This document shows, piece after piece, positions 19,540-28,488 of a stretch of 40,046 nucleotides of DNA (within the stretch, counting starts at the first letter, position 1; each line of letters begins with the position of its first letter). Both the position numbers and the translations under genes were made by a program. Location: assembly GCA_035554335.1 (NCBI GenBank), contig DATMIG010000191.1:1-40046 (forward strand), read 5' to 3'. The notes beneath the pieces were generated by a model. That model did no database searches, was not told the origin of the DNA, and saw only the letters and a list, made by a program, of their open reading frames with translations. Origin of the DNA: Burkholderiales bacterium. GTDB taxonomy: Bacteria; Pseudomonadota; Gammaproteobacteria; Burkholderiales; SG8-39.

Positions 19540-19727
19540 GTGCTGTAGGACATGACTGACACAGCACGGGAAGCGCGGCCAGCACGGTGTTAGCAGCGCC
19601 ATCCGAGAGACCGATTCGGCGTTGAACCGGTCCACGGTAGCGCCAAACAGGGTGTAGTCGCCGTCCGACTCGCCAAAGCAGTGGTCATACCGGAGGGCAC
19701 ATCTAGCGGGTGTGCCCTCTTTTTTTT
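19540..19727 (+). ncRNA. Candidate small RNA, copy B of the paralogous pair
   Basis: It opens with a 5' hairpin, GTGCTGT (19540..19546) pairing with ACAGCAC (19561..19567). It ends in a perfect terminator, GAGGGCACA (19693..19701) pairing with TGTGCCCTC (19711..19719), plus T8. Long identical blocks are shared with copy A. A -10-like TACGAT sits at 19527..19532. Confidence 0.6.
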
Positions 19728-19868
19728 CTCGACCGCCCGCGCATTGTGCCGGCGGGCCGGCGCCGCCGCTATCGCCGGCGCTGGAATTGTCGTGTAGCTA
19801 AGCCTTGGAAAAAACGCGTGGAGTCCTGTCGACGTCGCGGCAGGGCGTCGCGACAGAAGAACTACGCG

Positions 19869-20435
19869 CTACCGCGTGGTGGTCTTGCGGATTTCCTTCT
19901 CGTCGGACCACTCGAGCAGCCCGTTGCGGATGTTCCACAGCTGCAGGTTGAACTTGTAGTACACGTCCTTCGTGTTCTTCACCTCCTTCACGATGGAGGT
20001 GATGTTGCCTTCCATGCGGTACTGGGCGCCGACCATCTGGCCCTTCTCGACCGCGTGCTCCTTGGCGTAATACTCCGACTGCTGGCGCTTGATCTCGTCC
20101 ACCTGCTGCGTCATGCCGGGCGCGTCGACGGCGAAGCGCACCCGGCCGCCTTTCTGCAGCTCGGCGCGGATGGAGTCGGTGATCGAGCGCGTGTCGATGT
20201 ATTCGCTCGTCTTGTTCCGCACTTCCTGCACCGTGACGATCGGCAGGTTGCCGCTCGCGATCACCGGCGCCTGCTGCATCGAGCGCGCCATCGACTCGGC
20301 GATCATCTGCAGGTCGGTCGAGCCGAACTGGTTGGTGACCGTCTCGACGCCGCGCGCATCGCCGTAGCTCGTTTTCTCGTGCGCGCACCCCGCCGCCAGT
20401 GTGGCGAGGGCGGCGGCCAGCAAGAGTTTCTTCAT
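19869..20435 (-). CDS. lpoB: LpoB-like outer-membrane lipoprotein (COG3417-type)
   Basis: 188 aa with lipobox LAAGC. The sequence pattern is typical of LpoB-family proteins as I remember them (IVTVQEVRNKTSEYIDTRSITDSIRAEL...YRMEGNITSI...YKFNLQLWNIRNG). A ycfL-like gene lies next to it. Confidence 0.65.
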   Translation of the reverse strand: MKKLLLAAALATLAAGCAHEKTSYGDARGVETVTNQFGSTDLQMIAESMARSMQQAPVIASGNLPIVTVQEVRNKTSEYIDTRSITDSIRAELQKGGRVRFAVDAPGMTQQVDEIKRQQSEYYAKEHAVEKGQMVGAQYRMEGNITSIVKEVKNTKDVYYKFNLQLWNIRNGLLEWSDEKEIRKTTTR

Positions 20436-20439
20436 GGCG

Positions 20440-20874
20440 TTATTCCCCGCTCATCAGGATCAGGCGGAAGTCGACCGCTTTCGCGTTCGGCGCCACCGTG
20501 CTGATCATCAGGTTGGAGTTGTTGTAGAGCATGAGCGGCTTCCAGGTCTCCTCGTCCGCCGCGCGCATGCCCTCGCGGTCGATCCAGCGGAATTTGTACG
20601 AGATGCGCTTCACGCTGGAGGAATCGTTGTTCAGGTTGGCGTCGATCTTGAGGAGGTCGCCCGCCTTCGTGCAGCGCATCTCGGTCGGCTGGATGGTGGT
20701 GCGGCGGCCTTCCATCGCCGTCTTCGCCTTCACGAGCTCGTCCATCGAGCCGACCTTCTGCTCGCCGATCGGGCAGCCGAACGCGTAGCCGGGTTGCTCG
20801 AAGCCTTTCTTGGTGGCACACCCGGCGACCAGCGCCGTCGCGGCGAGCGCCGCAAGAACCAGTCTCGTTTTCAT
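20440..20874 (-). CDS. YcfL-like (DUF1425) lipoprotein
   Basis: 144 aa from ATG 20874 (MKTRLVLAALAATALVAGC...), with a lipobox and the motif ISYKFRWIDREGM. It has a 1-nt overlap (TGATG) with the upstream gene. The track start at 21063 is an extension. Confidence 0.65.
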   Translation of the reverse strand: MKTRLVLAALAATALVAGCATKKGFEQPGYAFGCPIGEQKVGSMDELVKAKTAMEGRRTTIQPTEMRCTKAGDLLKIDANLNNDSSSVKRISYKFRWIDREGMRAADEETWKPLMLYNNSNLMISTVAPNAKAVDFRLILMSGE

Positions 20875-22232
20875 CAGAATCTCCCTTTGGGCGCGTTGAC
20901 GTAAAGCCGCCCGGACAGTAGTCGAAAGTCTATCACCGCGTAGCGGCCCGAAACCTCGATGCGCGTCGTCTGCTCGCCGGCGTAAGTCTGTAGCGAGACT
21001 TCGTGCACGCCGGGCGGCAGGCGCACGCGCGCGATCGACACTTCGCCGGGCAGCGTGCGCCACGTGCGGTCGTCAGCCGTCTGCAGGAAAGACGCAAGGG
21101 CGAAGGCGCCGAGCGCCGCCGCCGCCCCGGCCTGGCGGTCGGAGTGCTGCTGCGCCTGGTATTGCAGCAGCGCGGCGCTCGTCGCGCGAGCCGTGGCGCG
21201 CAGCATGATGCCCGGCATGTCGTCCTTCAGGCTGCGGCGCGCCATCAGGTCGATGCTCGTGATGGGCGTCAGCGTGACCCGCTGCCCGCCACCGATCGTC
21301 AAGCCGAGCGCCGCGTCGTGGAACGGCCCGGGGATGAGCAGCGGGAACGAGAAAGGAATGATGATCAGCTTGTCGCCGACCGGCACGGGCAGGCGGAACT
21401 GCTGCGCGCGCAGCGCGGGCGCCGTGCCGGCGGAGACGATGAAGAGCACTTCCGTCATGCCGTCGTTCGAGCCGCTCAGGCGCGAGTCGAGACCGCGCAG
21501 CGCCTCCTCGAGCGCAGGCTTGCCCGGCTGCAGCTCGTTCGCAAGGCGATAGCCCGGCGCGGCGAGGCTGCCCTCGTTCAGCGCCTCATAGACGAAGCCG
21601 GCGAGGTAATGCGAGAGCGCGCTCTGATAGCCGTTCTTCAGCGCGTTCACTTCCGGATTGTCGATGGTCTGGACCGGGTAGCCGTTCAGCTCCTTGAAGC
21701 TCGTTCTCGCGCCGCGCTTCTTCGCCTCGGCCTCCACCTCGGCGAGCTCCTTCTCGCGCGCAGCGGCGATCTGCGCCTCGAGCTCGTGGGTCTGCTTGAT
21801 GGCGACGCGCGCGTCTTCGAAGCGGCCCATGGCGAGGTAATTGAGCGCCATGTAGGTCGTGAGCATCACCTTCTCGTAGTCGTGCGCCTCGTACGTGCGC
21901 AGCTTGTCGCTCACCACGTAGCTCGACGCGCTGCGCAGCAGATCGGCCGGCGACTGCGTGCCCGACTCGATGCGCTGCTGCGCCACGGTCCACGCCTTCT
22001 GGCTTTCGTCGTAGCGCGCGCGCATGCGCTCCAGCATGCCGAGCTCGAAGTAGTAAAGGAGATCCTTGCCGGTGCGGTTGTTCGCCTCGAGCCGGCTCAC
22101 CGCGGCGTCGAGGTTGCCGGTCGCCGCCTGGCTCAGGGTCGCGCCGAGCTCGCCGTCGTAGGTGCGCACGGTGGCGCAGCCGGCGACGATGCCCGTGACA
22201 ACGGCGATCACGATGCCGCGCGTGGACGGCAT
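20874..22232 (-). CDS. Uncharacterised lipoprotein with TPR-like N-terminal region (COG3014-like partner of ycfL/lpoB)
   Basis: 452 aa with lipobox IVAGC and a helical repeat-like N-terminal half (LLYYFELGMLERMRARYDESQKAW..., MALNYLAMGRFEDARVAIKQ). The family assignment is from memory of the conserved three-gene neighbourhood. Confidence 0.6.
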   Translation of the reverse strand: MPSTRGIVIAVVTGIVAGCATVRTYDGELGATLSQAATGNLDAAVSRLEANNRTGKDLLYYFELGMLERMRARYDESQKAWTVAQQRIESGTQSPADLLRSASSYVVSDKLRTYEAHDYEKVMLTTYMALNYLAMGRFEDARVAIKQTHELEAQIAAAREKELAEVEAEAKKRGARTSFKELNGYPVQTIDNPEVNALKNGYQSALSHYLAGFVYEALNEGSLAAPGYRLANELQPGKPALEEALRGLDSRLSGSNDGMTEVLFIVSAGTAPALRAQQFRLPVPVGDKLIIIPFSFPLLIPGPFHDAALGLTIGGGQRVTLTPITSIDLMARRSLKDDMPGIMLRATARATSAALLQYQAQQHSDRQAGAAAALGAFALASFLQTADDRTWRTLPGEVSIARVRLPPGVHEVSLQTYAGEQTTRIEVSGRYAVIDFRLLSGRLYVNAPKGRF

Positions 22233-22308
22233 ACCCTCCCTTTCTTGGTATGCCGATCTTAACGCCGGCCACCCGCGCCGGCGGCCGCCGTTGGTCGTGT
22301 AATTTCTT

Positions 22309-23160
22309 CTAGTTCTTCGCCACGTTCACGTAGCGGTGCTCGGGCGGCGGGTTCTGCTTCGCCGCGAGATACACCGGCTCGAGCTTCGCGCCGAGCTCCT
22401 TCAGCTTCGCGGAGCGGTTTTCGGGCGACGGGTGCGTGGAGAGGAACTCCGCCGGCCCCTTGCCGAGCTTCGCCATCTTGTCCCACAGCGTCACGGCCGC
22501 CTTCGGATCGTAGCCGGCGCGCGCAGCGAGCTGCGTGCCGACCGCATCGGCCTCGCTCTCGCCTTCGCGGCTGTTCGGCAGCGTGATGGCGACCTGCGCC
22601 GCCATGTCCATCGCCTGGCCGCCGAGGCTGCCGACGCCCGTCACGATGCCGAGCGCCTGCACGCCGAGGCTGGTCGAGCGCGCGACCGACATGCGCTCGC
22701 GCGTGTGGTCGAGGAGCGCGTGGCTGATCTCGTGCCCCATCACCTGCGCGAGCTCGTCGTCGGTGATCTTGAGCTGCTCCCACATGCCGGAGTAGACAGC
22801 CATCTTGCCGCCCGCCATGCAGAAGGCGTTGACCGTCTTCGGGTCGTTGATGACCTGCACTTCCCAGCGCCAGCCCGAGGCGTCGGGGCGGAACTGGATG
22901 GCCTGCGCGATCAGCCGATCGGTGATCTCCTGCACCTTCTTCAGCCGCGGGCTCAGCGTGTCCGGCGTGCCCCGCTCGATCTGCTTTTTCTTGTCGAGGT
23001 CCGCCATCATCTGGCGATAGGCCTGCGACGAGCCGTCGATCGCCTCCTTCTCCGACACGAGCCCGATCAGCTGGGATCGGCCGGTGATGGGATTGGTAGA
23101 GCAGGCGCTCACCAGCGCCACCAGGACCAGGGCGGGGAGATTTCGTGTCATCGGGCGCAT
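22309..23160 (-). CDS. M48 family zinc metalloprotease lipoprotein (LoiP/YggG-like)
   Basis: 283 aa with lipobox LVSAC, the HEISH zinc motif (MGHEISHALLDH), and a downstream EGESEAD. Confidence 0.85.
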   Translation of the reverse strand: MRPMTRNLPALVLVALVSACSTNPITGRSQLIGLVSEKEAIDGSSQAYRQMMADLDKKKQIERGTPDTLSPRLKKVQEITDRLIAQAIQFRPDASGWRWEVQVINDPKTVNAFCMAGGKMAVYSGMWEQLKITDDELAQVMGHEISHALLDHTRERMSVARSTSLGVQALGIVTGVGSLGGQAMDMAAQVAITLPNSREGESEADAVGTQLAARAGYDPKAAVTLWDKMAKLGKGPAEFLSTHPSPENRSAKLKELGAKLEPVYLAAKQNPPPEHRYVNVAKN

Positions 23161-23397
23161 TCTAGGTTCGCCGCGAAAGCAAGATGTAACTGATTGTATT
23201 CAGGTTTCCGCGCCGGCGGCCATTGCGGCGGTGCTAGATGCTTTGTCGGGGCCGCCCCCTCTACAATCTGGCCTGCTGTGTTCGAAATTCGCGGCCGCAC
23301 GACCCGGAAGCACCCTCAGGAATCCGGCTTCGCCCATCCCCCGCAGTGGATCCACGAGTCGCTCGCCGCGAAGGTATTTCTCGGAAAGGAAAGCCCG

Positions 23398-23580
23398 TTG
23401 CTGATCTCCCGCCGTCGTGAAGCGAAAAGGCGCGCCCTCCTCCAGATGCTGGACCGCATTCCTGTCCGCTCCGAGCGCCCGACGCCCATTGCGAAGCCGG
23501 CCAGCGTGCCGGCGGACGTCCCTGCCGTTTCTCCGGGGGCGAGAAACCTTCCCGGCCTGCAAAACCGCATCCAGAAATGA
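23398..23580 (+). CDS. Possible small ORF (60 aa from TTG; 44 aa from ATG 23446), function unknown
   Basis: A purine-rich SD-like GGAAAGGAAAG lies about 5-8 nt before TTG 23398. GC3 is high, and the stop comes 4 nt before the 13-bp hairpin at 23585. There is no recognisable motif (LLISRRREAKRRALLQMLDRIPVRSERPTPIAKPASVPADVPAVSPGARNLPGLQNRIQK). Confidence 0.25.
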   Translation: MLISRRREAKRRALLQMLDRIPVRSERPTPIAKPASVPADVPAVSPGARNLPGLQNRIQK

Positions 23581-23584
23581 ATCC

Positions 23585-23618
23585 GGGGTCAGAGCCCATG
23601 CAACAGGGCTCTGACCCC
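23585..23618. terminator. 13-bp stem hairpin downstream of lon (possible bidirectional terminator)
   Basis: GGGGTCAGAGCCC-ATGCAACA-GGGCTCTGACCCC, located 8 nt after the lon stop. There is no clear U-tract on either strand. Confidence 0.45.
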
Positions 23619-23626
23619 GATTAGCG

Positions 23627-26052
<2,426 letters not shown>

Positions 26053-26056
<4 letters not shown>

Positions 26057-26472
26057 GCGCCTTCCTTCTTCCTGAAGACGAGAGTGAGCACGCCGTCGGC
26101 GAAGTTCTTCGCCACCAGCTCGAGCGGCGCGTACGGGTCCGCGAGCGGGAGCCCGATCTGGCGCTCGAAGCGGCCATACGGAATCTCGATGCGGTGCAGG
26201 TTCATGTCGCCGCGGCAGGGAAACGGCCGCACGGCGGAAACGGTGAGGCCCGCAGGGTCCAGCGTGACGGTGATGGAATCGGCCGGCACGCCGGGCAGCG
26301 CCACCTGCACCTGCAGGCGATCCGCCGACTCGGTAATGTCCACCGGCGGGATCCAGGAAACCGACCCGGCAACGTTTTCGTGCTGGAAAAACTGGCGCTG
26401 CAGCTTCTCCGCCCGGTCGAGCATCGACAGGGCTTCGCTCCACATCCAGTTGGAAAGGTCGCGCGATCTCAC
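26053..26472 (-). CDS. Hsp20/alpha-crystallin family small heat-shock protein
   Basis: The alpha-crystallin domain reads WIPPVDITESADRLQVQVALPGV...GVLTLVF. GTG 26472 is the first possible start; ATG 26445 and 26424 are alternatives. The stop TGA overlaps the lon ATG (ATGA). Confidence 0.8.
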
Positions 26473-26529
26473 CGGTCTTAAGTGGCGGCGAGGGCCGCCT
26501 GGTTCAAGACCGCCGCAAGAATCAGTCCG

Positions 26530-27480
26530 TCACGGCTTTTGGGCTTGCTTTAACAGCCACTTGCGAAACGCGACGACCGCGGGCCGCTCCGCAATGACCT
26601 CAGGACAAACAAGGTAATACGCCGAGCGCGGCTTCAATTCCACTTTAAACGGTGCGCAAAGACGGCCCGAGGCGAGATCCGCATCGACGAGCGGCCGCAG
26701 GGCGAGCGCGATGCCGAGCTTCTGCGACGCGGCCTCGAGCGAAAGGATGTTCGACGAGAAATGCGGCCCGCGCGTGCCGTCGACCTGGTCGCCGACGCCC
26801 GCTTCGTCGAGCCACTTCTGCCAAGCGTGGCCCTGCGCGACGAGGTCCATCGCGTCGTCGTGCAGGAGCGTGTGTCGGGCGAGATCGGCCGGCTGCTGGA
26901 TCGGCGGGTCGCCCTTGACGAGCTCCGGGCTCGCCACGGCAACGGTGGATACGCCGAACAGGCGATCGGCGCGATGGCCGGGATAGTCGCCGGCGCCGAG
27001 GTGGATCTCCACCCCCGAGGTGTCGCTGCGCAGATCGAGGTTCGAGACGAGCGCCGCCGAATCGAGCGCGCCGGCGTCCACCATCTTGGAGAGCGCCACC
27101 ACGCGCACATCGATCTTCGGCTCCTCCTTCTGGAAGTGCGCGAGGCGCGGCATCAGCCAGCGCGCGGTGAACACGGGCGGCGCGGTGATCTGGAGATCGG
27201 TTTCGTCCGCCCTCACATGGATCGTCTCGACGGCGGCGGCGAGCGCATCGAAGCCGTCGCGCAATCTCGGCAGCGCCGCGCGCGCGGCTTCGGTGAGCTG
27301 CACGCCGCGTCCGGCGCGCTTGAAAAGCTGCACGCCGAGGTAGTCCTCGAGGCTCTTGATCTGGTGGCTCACCGCCGCCTGCGTAATCGAAAGCTCGTTC
27401 GCCGCCTCCTTGAACGACAGATGGCGGGCCGCGGCTTCGAATACGCGTAACGCATTCAACGGTGGCAGGCGGTAAATCAC
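26530..27480 (-). CDS. LysR-family transcriptional regulator (GcvA/AmpR-like subfamily)
   Basis: 316 aa. The N-terminal wHTH reads LPPLNALRVFEAAARHLSFKEAANELSITQAAVSHQIKSLE, followed by a LysR substrate-binding domain. Confidence 0.9.
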   Translation of the reverse strand: MIYRLPPLNALRVFEAAARHLSFKEAANELSITQAAVSHQIKSLEDYLGVQLFKRAGRGVQLTEAARAALPRLRDGFDALAAAVETIHVRADETDLQITAPPVFTARWLMPRLAHFQKEEPKIDVRVVALSKMVDAGALDSAALVSNLDLRSDTSGVEIHLGAGDYPGHRADRLFGVSTVAVASPELVKGDPPIQQPADLARHTLLHDDAMDLVAQGHAWQKWLDEAGVGDQVDGTRGPHFSSNILSLEAASQKLGIALALRPLVDADLASGRLCAPFKVELKPRSAYYLVCPEVIAERPAVVAFRKWLLKQAQKP

Positions 27481-27559
27481 GCTATCGATGAGTTTTTCTT
27501 ATGCGAGGGCTGAGAATTGATCGTTTGTTCTGGTGCGAGCACGGCCTTACATTGCTTGC

Positions 27560-27706
27560 ATGAAAAACCGTGAACTGAACCTGCAGGTACCGACGCCCGC
27601 GGAATTGTACGCGGTCGAGCGTGCGGCCAAGGTCGCGCGCGCCGCCGAGATGGCGCGCCTCGTGCGTGCCGCGTTCGCGGGAGTGAAAGGAGTACTCCAT
27701 GCTTAG
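27560..27706 (+). CDS. Small ORF 1 (48 aa), divergent from the LysR gene; unknown function
   Basis: Below the track's size cutoff. Sequence: MKNRELNLQVPTPAELYAVERAAKVARAAEMARLVRAAFAGVKGVLHA. GC3 is high, and its 3' end overlaps the start of small ORF 2 by 8 nt. Confidence 0.4.
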   Translation: MKNRELNLQVPTPAELYAVERAAKVARAAEMARLVRAAFAGVKGVLHA

Positions 27707-27872
27707 AACACCGTTCTGGAAAAACGCCGCGGCCTCGCTGCCGCCGCACGTGCGCGCCCGCCACATCAGCGCGATGGAGCAGGCGGAACGCTGGGAACTC
27801 GCGCTCGACGGCGCGATCGAAGCCTGGTCGCGGGTAAAAGCCACGTTCGCGCAACCGCGCGGCGCGCACTGA
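27699..27872 (+). CDS. Small ORF 2 (57 aa); unknown function
   Basis: Sequence: MLRTPFWKNAAASLPPHVRARHISAMEQAERWELALDGAIEAWSRVKATFAQPRGAH. An SD GAAAGGAG lies about 7 nt upstream of the ATG. It is below the track's size cutoff. Confidence 0.4.
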   Translation: MLRTPFWKNAAASLPPHVRARHISAMEQAERWELALDGAIEAWSRVKATFAQPRGAH

Positions 27873-27901
27873 GAAGCAGCGCACTAACAACCGGCTGCCT
27901 C

Positions 27902-28013
27902 GCCGTCCGAGCAAATCCGACGCCTCCTCCTCCTCCTCTGGCTAGGGCGCGCTCGGGCGGCGAGCATTAATTTTCTGTCACACAAACCGGGACGAAAGTC
28001 CCGGTTTGTTTTT
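27902..28013 (+). ncRNA. CU-rich structured element C3: 11-bp stem enclosing a (CCU)5 loop, followed by an intrinsic terminator
   Basis: Stem GCCGTCCGAGC (27902..27912) pairs with GCTCGGGCGGC (27951..27961), including one G-U pair. The loop contains CCTCCTCCTCCTCCTC (27923..27938). The terminator is AAACCGGGAC-GAAA-GTCCCGGTTT (27984..28007) plus GTTTTTG. Confidence 0.45.
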
Positions 28014-28014
28014 G

Positions 28015-28020
28015 TATTAT
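28015..28020 (+). promoter_or_regulatory. -10-like TATTAT placed 6 nt before the Nudix ATG (possible leaderless promoter)
   Basis: TATTAT-CCCCGC-ATG. With standard -10 geometry the A of the ATG (28027) falls at +1. There is no SD between the terminator and the ATG. Confidence 0.3.
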
Positions 28021-28026
28021 CCCCGC

Positions 28027-28452
28027 ATGAAGGTTAAAGCCCAGCCGCGCGCCGCCGGCGTCGTCGTCTTCCGCCGCACCGGTCGCGGCGTGTACCTCCT
28101 GATCCTGCGGGCGTACAACAACTGGGACTTTCCCAAGGGCCTCGTCGATGCGGGCGAAGACCAGCTCAGCGCCGCGCAGCGCGAGCTGAGGGAAGAAACC
28201 GGCCTCGCCGGCGTCGACTTTCCGTTCGGCGACGAGTTCAAGGAGACGCTGCCCTACTCGAACAACAAGGTGGCGCGCTATTACCTCGGCGAGACCGAGG
28301 AAGTGGAGATCGAGCTGCCGGTATCCAAGGAGCTCGGCCGTGCCGAGCACCACGAGTACCGCTGGGTCACGTACGACGAAGCCGAGGATCTCCTGCCGCC
28401 GCGCCTCGCCGTCGTCCTCGACTGGGCGAGGCGCACCATTTCCGGTGGTTAG
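28027..28452 (+). CDS. Nudix hydrolase (Ap4A-hydrolase-like size and motif)
   Basis: 141 aa from ATG 28027 (MKVKAQPRAAGVVVFRR...), with Nudix box GLVDAGEDQLSAAQRELREETGL. Confidence 0.85.
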   Translation: MKVKAQPRAAGVVVFRRTGRGVYLLILRAYNNWDFPKGLVDAGEDQLSAAQRELREETGLAGVDFPFGDEFKETLPYSNNKVARYYLGETEEVEIELPVSKELGRAEHHEYRWVTYDEAEDLLPPRLAVVLDWARRTISGG

Positions 28453-28481
28453 GAAATTGGGGTCTGACCCCCATTTCATTT
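28453..28481. terminator. Imperfect palindrome between the convergent Nudix and ppc genes
   Basis: GGAAATTGGGGTCTGACCCCCATTTC followed by ATTTCC. It forms about 9 bp with one bulge and lies between the stops at 28452 and 28489. Confidence 0.4.
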
Positions 28482-28488
28482 CCGGCGG

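Noticed and set aside
18400-19720. Possible minus-strand coding remnant in both RNA copies (..HCFGESDGDYTEFGATVDR.. versus ..HCFGESDGDYTLFGATVDR..), with three consecutive differences that are synonymous in that frame.
   Set aside because: Neither copy has a usable start codon, and copy A needs a frameshift to stay collinear with copy B. Neighbouring codons show multi-base non-synonymous changes. The + strand carries canonical terminators with a compensatory base pair. I kept this as the main alternative hypothesis to be tested, namely an ancient pseudogene fragment.
26476-26510. A sigma32-like CTTGAA-N15-CGCCACTT motif, considered as a firm heat-shock promoter feature for hsp20-lon.
   Set aside because: It is not listed as a feature because the predicted TSS would coincide with the first possible start codon (GTG 26472) and leave no room for an SD. 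It is retained only as a caveat inside the hsp20-lon finding.
26495-26515. A tRNA T-arm-like string, GGTTCAAGACCGCC.
   Set aside because: The flanking sequence cannot form acceptor, D or anticodon arms. No tRNA or rRNA gene is evident anywhere in the window.
27902-27911. The 10-mer GCCGTCCGAG is shared between element C3 and RNA copy A (18413..18422).
   Set aside because: A 10-nt match is expected many times by chance in 40 kb of GC-rich DNA, and there is no flanking collinearity.
27477-27914. Minus-strand ORFs 27477..27914 (145 aa) and 27482..27844 (120 aa) between the lysR and Nudix genes.
   Set aside because: Their composition is rich in Ser, Arg and Cys, they have no SD, and they overlap each other. 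The + strand small ORFs with an SD and start/stop coupling fit better.
27923-27938. The (CCT)5 tract considered as a phase-variable simple sequence repeat.
   Set aside because: Five units is short for slipped-strand switching. The tract is intergenic and sits in the loop of a well-formed hairpin. A role as an RNA pairing motif explains it better, although strain comparison is still worthwhile.
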